DNA of 64,000 nt, from NCBI RefSeq assembly GCF_009914755.1, contig NC_060927.1; one strand, given 5' to 3'. The notes beneath the pieces were generated by a model. It was not told the DNA's origin. It saw only the letters and a list, made by a program, of their open reading frames with translations, and made no database searches. The stretch comes from the human T2T-CHM13v2.0 reference genome, Homo sapiens. Every line of letters begins with the position of its first letter. Position 1 is the first letter of the stretch. The translations under genes were made by a program, and so were the position numbers. Below, piece after piece: positions 54,141-64,000 of the stretch.

Positions 54141-56871
54141 GTGTAAGAGTGATACACACACATTCTGTGTTATATTCACAATGCTAACCACATGGCATGG
54201 CAGAAGAGCTGGCACCACTGAAAATGTGCTAGACTAGAGTATCTGACACTGTTCCACAGAAGGCATGCAGAATGTCTAATAGTAAACCAGTGGAAATAAC
54301 CAAAGTGAAAATGTCATGATACCACAACCATCTCCAACTCACCATTCAGGAGGCACGAGTTACAGAGGAAAAAGTCCCAAAACAAAGGAGTGGTGGCCCT
54401 GGATTCTAGACTTGGGACTGACCAAAGGAGGCCAAGATGGACACATGGCTCTACAAGGGAGCATCCTCATTTGAGCCTCACAGCAGGCATCTGAGCAGAT
54501 GCTATTATTGCATTGTACAGATGAAAAAACGTAAACTCAGAGAATTTAAACTGCTTACTCCAAAGTCTTCTGCTTAGTAAGTGGCAGGGCCAGACTAGGA
54601 ACCAGGGCAATGGATTCTTTCCTCAGCTATCTTACCTGCCTCTGTGCCGCTCTATGACACGTGACTCTCTGTATTTTCTGGCTTTATACCACCAGACTTT
54701 AACAATCGGTCGTAAGATTCTAAAATGAAGGATATTAGATTTGCCCTTTGTGTTTTTCCTAGAGTCCAGTGATGCTTAGGAGAATCAGTACATTAAATTG
54801 AAATGCATGAAGCTAAACAAACCAAAAAATAAACTCAGCATCGTGAGTTTACAAGGAAAATACAAAGTAAGATAATTTGCATTACTGTTATTTTGCCCTC
54901 CAAATTATCAGTAACTCAGAATTATTTTTATATTACTTGATACAAATAGAGAATATTTAGGAATAAAACACAGGGTGATTATGCTTTCACTCTAGTAACT
55001 TTTCTATTTAACCTAATGGAAGAAATTTCCCCCTTCCGTGTACAATATTTATTGATGATAAATAGTTTGCAGACAAGATGGGATTGATTGGACTGCAACA
55101 GTGAATCTTTGTTTACTCCAATGCTGATTTCAGATAGATAGCAAATTTGAATAGTCTCTCTCATTCCAAATAAATCTGGCTTCTTTTCATTCAATTATTT
55201 TTCATCGATCAATCTTTCCTGAGGAAAACACTAATGAGCCTATGTCTGCTGTGAGTGTAATTAAGGCAACTACAACTGCATAATGTGCTGTGTCCTTCGA
55301 ATGTCTCAGAGTTTCATGCTTCAGAATCTGCAGGCTGAGCAGGTGGTCTCCTTTCTGCAACTCTAGAGGAGGTTTCTGTTCTTCTGACCAAATACAGAGT
55401 TCTAAGAAGGCACCCAGGGACAGTGTTACACCTAATACCAAGAGACAGGGTATCATACTTTGTAAGTGTCCTCAGGGGTAAATGGGATCTGAATTACATT
55501 TAAATTAAGTCACCACATTGATATGACCAAGAAAGCATTGGCCAGATGGGGCTGGTGACCACAACAACGACAAGGCAGGAACGCATATTACCCTCATCCT
55601 TTTTACTATTTGTGAGTCTGAGACCAAAGTTAGTTGCTTAGATGTTGGTAGGACTATCTATTAGCACCAGATAAGCTGGGTATCTTCTCCGTTAATCTGT
55701 TTTTCTTGTTCTTCCATTTTAATTTCATGTTGGCCTATATTTTCCTCTTGAGGATCCATTTTCACAACAACCACTAGGACAGAATTGCAATCCAACTTGA
55801 ATGCTTATGAGCTATTGGAGACACAAGGGTGAGGTTATAATTTATCTCTTCTTTTTCTTTAGAAAAAGATCACAGAAGTTCTAGTGTCCATTGCTTTCTG
55901 CTCAGGCTTCCTTTACAAGGTGAAAATGAGACTCTCAAAAAGGCTGTAAGCTAAGATGAGTATGTGTTGTCTCTTCCCAGGGCCCCTTCTCATGCCTGGT
56001 AGACGTTCTCCTTGAGGAGGTTGTGAGAGGAACGGCAAGCGGTCTTCACAACTACTTTTAGCTCTAGTTTTATTTACATTTGCTTTAAGGGGCATTTATC
56101 CCCTGACAAAGCCATAGGGCTCAAGAGGGAAGTAAACAGTTAAGGAGTGTTTGTAGGGAAGTTTATTCCTGTGAGGGTTCAATAAATAAATGTTGACCAA
56201 TTACGATAATTCCTAGTAGATGGTTATTTTATACAATTAGAGCACTGAGGCAAAACAGCTTCTTAATCCATTCATAGCATGATCAGTAATGAGCAATGGT
56301 ACAGAGCTATGTGAGGTGACAGAAAGAGCATGGGACTGGATGGCAGGAGGGAGAGCTGGCTTCTAGGGCTCTTCTGCACCTAATCAGGGAGTTGGGCAAC
56401 TTAATTCACTTTTCTGGATCTCAAAGTTCTCATTTGTTAAACTGGGGATGAAGGGAGGTGGAGAGTGAAGTGGTGATGCCTAGCTAATTAAAATGACATA
56501 AATGTTATACACTTTATAGAGCACTTTTACATATTTTAACTCAGAGAAACTCTAGGAGGTGGGAAAAACACAGTATCATTTTACAAATAATATCAGAAAA
56601 CTTATTTGAAAATGAGAAAACTGAGCTCAGAGAGGTTCAAGATTACCAGATTTCCATGTGGATTTAGCCAGACTGCAAACCTGGTTCTTTAAAGGTACCT
56701 TTGGTTGTAAATGGCTGTGGTTTTCTTGTTTTCTGGTCTTGTTATTACGTTAAATGCTGATGAATTCCAGTTTTTAGATCCCTGGGTAATGCCAGGTTGA
56801 AGAATGTTAAATTTATCACAAGTTACATATTTTTTCCTCCTTTAAAACTGCATTAGTTGTTTTCTCTGACC

Positions 56872-57053
56872 CGGTGATTCATAAAGTGTGGTCTGGAACC
56901 AGCAGCAGTAGCTGAATACTTAGAAATGCAAATTGTCAGGCTGCACGCATCTCAGACCTGAAGAATCAGAAACCCCGGGGGTGGGATCCAGTAATCTATG
57001 TTATATCAAGCCCTCCTGGGGATGCTGAAACAGCTAAAGCTTGAGAACTATTG
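56872..57053 (+). mobile_element. MER5A
   Basis: aaagtgtggtctggaaccagcagcag...gaatcagaaac...gcttgagaactattg. Confidence 0.75.
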
Positions 57054-57790
57054 CTCTGACCTGGATATACTTGTTCCCCTTGTAACTGGCTGAAATTTGA
57101 CATTTCCCAACCTGCTTGCACTAAAGGCTATGAAACTGCAACTTTGAGTCCTATAACCCAATAAATCCACAACATGCTGTTAAACCCATTTTTACAATAC
57201 ATGAACCTGTAACTGTATCCATCATATAATCAAAATAGTCTATAAATTTATTAGTCTTTGTTACCTCCTTTAAGTCTACTTGGAATTTGAAAACATTTTA
57301 AAAAATTGTTATCTAGGTCCAGCTTATCATAAACCTTGAGTTAAGTTGGCTCTAACTAAAAATAGTAATTTATAATAGAATGAATTCACTAAAAGTGGTT
57401 AATGTTTTTAATCCCTTAAGTCAAGGCACTTGACTATCTACTCCCACACTTGAAATATCAGTAACTCCAGAAGGAAATTAATGTGTACATGAAACCTAAA
57501 CAAGACCCTCCTTTCCTCCATTTAGGAAGGAATAGCTTCACAAATAATAAAAATATGCCATAATAGATGTTTAAAATTTATCTTTTAATATTTATTTTAC
57601 AAAGCCAAATATAGCATTTACTAATTAGTTATATTATTTTTATGTCAAATGTTTGGGTTTTGGAGGCATTAAGATTTTAATCCAATACATTCCCTTTGAT
57701 TACCTTCTACGCTTAAAGTTTGAAAACCTTGGAGATTTCTGGTGGAAAATATGGACTCTGACCCCAGTGTGATACATTTCTATTTAAATG

Positions 57791-57792
<2 letters not shown>

Positions 57793-57828
<36 letters not shown>

Positions 57829-57843
57829 TGTGTGTGTCTGTGT
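57793..57843. repeat. (TG)n microsatellite
   Basis: Directly visible. Confidence 0.95.
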
Positions 57844-60282
57844 ATCATATGGCACTTATTACCATAAGACATCAACACTCATTTAAGTGTTCTCTGAAAT
57901 GTTTTTATACATATCCCAAATAAATTTTGTCAATACAATTTCACAAAGAGAGAAACACAACATTGTCTTTAAAGAATAGAACCTTACACATTTCCGAAAT
58001 ACACTTTTTTTTCCATGTTGAAATAACACAGAAATCATCTTTTACCTCCTTGAGAGAAGGCAGCCAGGGAGAACAAAATCCACATACATGGTGCTGCTTC
58101 TGTTATTAATTTGCTTATATAAGCAAGACTGTAGGCTTTCCGTGGAAGTACAAGATTTGCAAATCACATGACTGATAAAATGGCATATAGCATACACAGC
58201 ATTTGTAGAGTGACAGCTTCTGAATGACAGATTTAAAGAAATTAGGAGACTTCTGCCCATTGCAGCATTCCAATTATTTTATTTATCCTCTTTAGATTTT
58301 CTTTTGGCACCACTTACTGAAAAATCTACTTGCAGTTACATGAAGATTAACTATAACATATTTCTACCATGTTTTTGAAAAGATATAGGAAGAATAAACT
58401 GAACATAAAGATTCCTGACAAAATGGCATATAATGCTATAGAGTTTTAATTTTATTATACATATAAAATACATATATATGTATAATGTCATCATATATGT
58501 ATAACTCATATCTACGAGATGAGGCAATATTCATTTTCTGGAAAACCAATGTACATATACATACACACATGCTTAATTTGTTGACCTCTTAAACTTTGGG
58601 ATAATTTCTTATAGCTTTATAAAGACCAATTACAGTGTTTCCCCAAATATTTTACTTTGAGATATCAACATTGTCGTTGTTTCAACCTAGGATTTGCTCA
58701 CAACATCAACACCAAATAAATCTTTCAAAAAAAGGAAGGACTACTCTTTCTGCCAACAGCAAACACCAAAGCCAACTCATATTCATAATTACTCATCTTT
58801 TGAAACATGTTTTGACATGAATAACTCAGCAAAGCTGAGTCACTGCCAAACAGTACCAACTTGTGCAATGGCACTGGAAGAAATGTGATAACTACAGAGG
58901 CAAACAGCGACTCTGAGAAAATTGAATCCACCCTCATTTGATCCAGGTAATAAAAGTGCTATTTTCTGAAGAAGCAGGAAGGTTTTGTTCTCTTATTTTT
59001 TCTCTTTTTTCTTTAAGATTCCTTAACAATTAGTAAAATGTGTTTAGTCACAACAATAGAAATTTTGTCAAAGGTATCATGAGAAAAAAAGAACAATGGC
59101 TTCCTTTGGCTTTTCACCACAAGGATCTCAAAATATAACTTTGCAGTTTTCTGAACACCAAAACTCAGTTAAAATGCAAAGATTTAGGCAAAAAAGAAAG
59201 AAAGAAAAGAAAAGCTTTGGGGTAGGAAGATAGTAAATAAGAAGAAAAAAAGAATTTAACTTCTATATGATTAAGGAAGAAAATAACTAATTTTTCATTT
59301 TATTAGAGAAATGTACACATATCTGTATTCTCATAATATACCCAGGTGTATTTTACTAGTTCATTTGCCAGGTGGGTCCAGTCCTTTGATCAGAATCCCA
59401 GTCTATGGGTGGGATCAGACATAGACTGCATGCCCCAAGTATTTAATCTGGCATAAAGTGATAGTTAATAGCCCAGTAGATCACATGGGCTACAGTTCCA
59501 CCCACCTTATTAACTAAACTGATAACTTGGCACTCCACACATCCCCTACCCTGTTTTACGCAGGAGCAGGAGAGCAATGATAAGAAAAACTCGGAAGCAT
59601 TTTGAGTGAATGCTGTAAAATCAATATATTCTGTACCTCGGTAGAGAGATGTTTTGGCAAGTTTTTCCAGAAGACCACCTCAGTTACCTCAGTTATTCCA
59701 AGACTAACAAGCAAGTCTCTAAGTCAGTTATTTCTGGTTGCTACCTTCTGATGGTCATTTTTCCTTTTTTCAGAAATATGTACAACAGCTCCCTGAATGC
59801 AACTGTTATGATGCAAAACAAACTGCATGATTAGGAAATTGAGCAAATTCAGGTGCCTTTCTGTAAATTACTGACTGCTTTCTCTCTAATCTCTTAATCT
59901 ACTCAGATCTCTGTGAATTATTTCTCTCTCTACAGCTTTTGCGTCGCTCTCAGATGCTGTGCCACCCAGGCATTAAATAGATGTGCAGTTATCTTGTCTC
60001 CTTGATAATTAACAGAGATGTTAAGGGCTAGTACCAATTCAGTGGCATGGGCTGGAAACCTTCCATTACCTGGTATGTCATTGTTTATGCTCTATTAAGC
60101 AGTTTTCATTTCACCTTATGGGCCCATATAACATCCAAGCTAGTGGTTTCTCAAATTACAGGTGGTACTACAGATTTTATTAAATAGCCTCTTCTTTTTG
60201 TTTTCAGAATCATCTTTATATATATTGCAGACAATCTGGAAAATTAAATTGGGCAATATATATGTCTTAAGGTTTTCAGTTT

Positions 60283-60308
60283 TCTCTCTCTCTCTCTCTC
60301 TCTCTCTC
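60283..60308. repeat. (TC)n microsatellite
   Basis: Directly visible. Confidence 0.95.
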
Positions 60309-60698
60309 AATTATATCCATTGTTTTACAAGATAGAATAATGGCAGTGTTTCTCATTTTCAAGATAATATATTTTATTGTTCTTGTTTATCTTTTTCCCA
60401 GATTATCATTGGTGTTTTGACTCATTTTATCAAGAGATGCCTTTAATTTTCCAAAAGTTCTTTTGTTCTAGCTTTATTTCCATCATTCTTACATACAAAA
60501 TATGCATGTTGGCATCATGCAAAAGTCAGTGGATCAGAGGCATCATATGGAGCGGCTTAGCTGCTCTCAAAATCTTGTTACGCAGGCTTTAGTCAGACAG
60601 GCTAATACAGCTGCCAGAGAAGGGCTGAACACTCAAAAGGCTTTAGTCATCAAAATATACAGTAGAACAGTAGAAAATGTATGTAAGTATTCACTTAC

Positions 60699-60770
60699 CT
60701 GCTTTTGATCAACAATTATTTCGAGGTCTTCATCACTGCTTAGTTTTCCATATCCTTGTTCTTTACTTTT
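60699..60770 (-). CDS. PEX5L: PEX5L/TRIP8b cassette exon 2 (24 aa, contains YGKL sorting motif)
   Basis: Acceptor attctttcacAAG|, 72 nt phase 0-0 encoding KSKEQGYGKLSSDEDLEIIVDQKQ, donor CAG|GTAAGT. Matches the remembered PEX5L N-terminus (MYQGHMQ-KSKEQGYGKL...QKQ-GKGS). Confidence 0.95.
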
Positions 60771-62263
60771 CTTGTGAAAGAATAATTTTAAATGATCATT
60801 TAGTTTCTATCCATTAACAATCTTAATTCTACTTAATATTTTTAAAGATAAAAGTCTTAGCCTTGTTCACCAGTCATAATGCATCATTCTTTATATAAAT
60901 TGCTCATGTACAACAGCAAATGTTTTTATTGTTAAACTGCTGTCTTATAATTATTCATTAACAATATCTGCTTAGCCTCCACTACCCAACTTATACCTTT
61001 AATCTTTTTCTCAATATTCTTATGCTTCTCTTTTTAGTTCTATAGTATCAGAAAAGATTCTTTAACACTTTGGGATAAATAAGCAATTCTTTGAAGAGCC
61101 TTAGCACATTTTTCTTAAAGATTGAAAGTTCATTTAGTTTTATACTCAAGACTTCCAACTATTCAATGTTTTGTTTTAATGTCTTACATATTTTTAAGAA
61201 TAATAGAAGTATTATGCAACTCAGATAATGAATCTTCAGATTTTCAACATTTGCTCACAAGTCAGATGAATACTGACATTGGAAAAACCAACTCAGAAAT
61301 AATTTTAAAGAGATAAATAAAATAATTTACAAAATTAGGTATTCGAAAAGTTGGAGGACAGACTATTTTAAGAGTTTATGTAAATGCACTTTTTTTTTTT
61401 TGGCATTTTGTCATCATTTATTTTGTCCCAATGACCACTCTCCATCTATTTCCTCCATTGCAAAATCTATAAATTCTAAAGTTAGAAAAGGACATAGATA
61501 ATGATAATCATTTTACACTTGTGCTACAGCAGAAAGATAATATGTCTGAGCCTTTTTTTCTCCCAACGCAACGGTTGATGAGAATACTAGAAATGTCATG
61601 TTGTGTCTTCATACCAGCAACAAATGAAAAATAAAAACCACTACATAGTTAGCTGTAGTTCAAGGTTATTTATTTATTTTAAAGATTCTTGCTTTAGTTA
61701 TTAACTACATCAACTTGAATTAAGGGAATTAAAAATACTTATGTTTGCATCTACTGTGTCATATTAGGGTCCTCATCTCATTCAGGGAAGAGATATATCC
61801 TTCAGTGAACATGATATAAATCTTCACACTGTGAGCACAATTCTTATTTTTTCCCCATAACATTCAAAAACCAGATTTACAAATTTTTTTCCCGCAAAAA
61901 CATATCTCCAATTTTTGTGGGTTTTTTTTTTACTGTAATAAAGAGATTTCTGCATCTTCCAAGTATTAGGATGCATAAATAAAACACAAATTCTCATTTA
62001 TATATTAATGAACTTAGCCACTCAGAACAGAACAGATGGCCACAGCATTTCTCCCTATTATTATTCTTGTCCTCATTTGAGGTTCCATTTCAAGATTGAT
62101 GGAAAACAAAAAGAACAAGGTTGGTTTCAGTCAAGCTGACTTCCTTCCTATCATTTTGCTTTTGTATTCTTTTTGTTCACTGGTTGCCATAAGATTTTGT
62201 CTAGAGTGTCTCTAATGTAAAACACTTAGAAGTGCCTTTCCAAATATTGATCTGTATACGTAC

Positions 62264-62356
62264 CAAGTAGCTCATTTGCATGACCCGGTTTCTGGACAAA
62301 AGGGCATTAAGTAGAGATGGAATGTGGGTCCTTCCATCCATTTCACTGTCAGACAT
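62264..62356 (-). CDS. PEX5L: PEX5L/TRIP8b alternative N-terminal exon 1b, coding part (31 aa)
   Basis: ATG at 62356 (gggATGt). 93 nt read MSDSEMDGRTHIPSLLNALLSRNRVMQMSYL and end in phase 0 at donor TTG|GTACGT. Recognised from memory as the TRIP8b(1b) N-terminus; joins in frame to the 72-nt exon at 60770. Confidence 0.92.
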
Positions 62357-63059
62357 CCCAGAATTCTTTATGCCACTGGCAGTGGCTTCCTTGCCAGAAC
62401 TTGCTGACCAAAGAACCACAGATCTTGCCCAGGAACAGCATTAATAATGTACAACAATAATTGAAGTATTCCTGAATCATTGTCTTGACTTTGTAAACAT
62501 TGTGAAATTTTTGGCTAGCACAAAAAACTCACTGAAATGAAAATTTCTTTTTCTAACTAATTTTTATCCATGCACTTCTATGCTCTTTGACTGTTGTTCC
62601 CATTTAATGTTTTAAAAAATCTACCTATTTTAAATTATATAATTTTTGTATTTACTTCTCTGCATATGGACTCTTCAGCCTCCTCATCATAAAAGCTCTT
62701 GATTTCCCCTTTTTAATCTCCTATTCTAAACTTTCTTGACAATCACTGCTAACAGATAGAATGTCAGCACTCACAGAACATCATTCGAAACTGCAACTTC
62801 TACAAATACCAAAGTCCGCCTCTCCAATCTCAACTCCTTATCTAATTTAGTAGTAAATTTTCCTGGGAAGAGGCTAGTTCAGGGAAGGAAATTATGTCCC
62901 CCAACCAATCTAAATAGAAGCTGGCATTTTCCAAGAGTGGGAGGAGGCATTTAGAGCTCTGGTTTTGTACTTAAACCTCTAGTCTCCAAACAGCACACAA
63001 CAGTACACAAAGCTGGAGCCTTACAGTTTTACTCTAGAATTAAGCAATATTTTCTAGTT

Positions 63060-63700
63060 CACCCCATAACCCCGGGGGGATTAATCCTTTTCTAAGCCAT
63101 AATGGTATTCACTCACTTACTGCTTATTTCTAGTGCGAGCATAATCCTCTTTCAAGCACTCAGCTTCCCACTTTGCTTAGCTCAGCCAGCCCAGGCAGGG
63201 ATCTTCAGCTCTCCTCCCTCCTCCCAGCCGGGAATCCCTGTCTTCTATCTATGCACTTTTGTCAAGCACAAAAAGCAAGTCCACAGCTTCTGCGTGGTCT
63301 TTCACAGTAGCCAAAGGACTGAACTAGAAGGAAAAAGAAAGCTAATCTCTCCACCTTCCAAGTGTGAGGGGGCAGGGCTTCTGTGGGAGGAGAAGCCACA
63401 GGGCAATCACTTCCTGTGCTCCTCCCACCTTCAGTGGCAAGACACTGGAGCTGAGGATTTCCACTGAGGCAGTAAGGTTAGGCCCCTGTCTCCCTGGCCT
63501 TAGCATGCTGCCCATTTATGGACGACTTTGTGCACTGTTCCCCTAGGTGCAGCCGAGGAGGGAGCATTAGTGCAGTGGAGCTAAAATGGTGAGGACCTAA
63601 GGCGGGAAAGGGGAGGAAAGAGCGAAAGGACATAGTCTTTCTTTGCTGACAGTGCTTCACCCCCATAAGAAGCTTTCAGCTCAGGATAACGTGTCCAACT
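63060..63700 (-). promoter_or_regulatory. Putative internal PEX5L promoter / first-exon region upstream of exon 1b
   Basis: Locally raised GC, GGCGGG at 63601, homeodomain TAATCC-type motifs (63078-63087, 63142-63147, 63343-63348), and outward-facing donors on both strands (63120 minus, 63960 plus). Confidence 0.5.
63121..63142 (-). CDS. PEX5L: Candidate upstream first-exon coding segment (MLALEIS + 1 nt) that would splice in frame to an acceptor at 62403
   Basis: attATG at 63142 with an in-frame TGA four codons upstream; donor GCA|GTAAGT at 63121/63120 in phase 1; acceptor ttctttggtcAG| at 62403 lies 47 nt before the 1b ATG, which needs phase 1. Confidence 0.5.
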
Positions 63701-64000
63701 TCTGAAACCCCAAACACAGTATCTCCTATCTTTCCACACCATTCTGAATCCTTTCTGACCTGCAAGAGACGTATCTTTGTTAGTTCTTTGTTAATGCTGA
63801 TAACTTTTTTGATACTATTGCATTAGATGGGTAACTTTCTTAAGAACATTGAGCCTAACTGGTAATCTTGCCTCTCTACAGACTTCCACCATCTCTCCTT
63901 AACCCTACCTCCTGTTTCCTACCCCTTTGTCCTCTCCTCCACAAAAGTAAAACAGAAAGGTGAGTTTATTTTAATTAAATAAACTTGCATTAAACTTGGA

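Noticed and set aside
58691-58945. Plus-strand exon-like segment with a 64-aa ORF
   Set aside because: Weak splice sites, a stop inside the segment and no recognisable homology.
62201-62419. Track ORF MVLWSASSGKE...KCFTLETL as a stand-alone 72-aa gene
   Set aside because: It is exon 1b read through its donor into intron; only 62264-62356 (possibly up to 62403) is exonic.

Overview
AT-rich primate (very likely human) genomic DNA dense in Alu, L1, L2, MIR, MER and Tigger repeats. Manual translation of the minus strand gives two exons with canonical splice sites, MSDSEMDGRTHIPSLLNALLSRNRVMQMSYL (62264-62356) and KSKEQGYGKLSSDEDLEIIVDQKQ (60699-60770). I recognise these from memory as alternative N-terminal exons 1b and 2 of PEX5L (TRIP8b, the HCN-channel auxiliary subunit). 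Bases 1-60698 are therefore part of the long intron after exon 2, and the next known coding exon lies outside the window. Almost all ORF-track entries are repeat-derived or spurious. I see no new protein-coding system. The most interesting signals concern splicing and promoters: (i) a duplicated/inverted cassette at 14.2 kb forming an AG|GTAAGTA recursive-splice-like site, a 51-nt stop-containing exon and two competing hairpins; (ii) a hairpin that masks the exon 2 donor with a U1-like sequence; (iii) an upstream exon that would extend exon 1b by 23 in-frame residues, surrounded by CRX/OTX-type motifs; (iv) an intragenic CpG island with NRF1, RFX and GC-box motifs, followed by a 25-nt microexon candidate ending in ATG; (v) a candidate intronic terminal exon. 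These are sequence-only hypotheses needing RNA data. Repeat boundaries and subfamilies are by-eye estimates.
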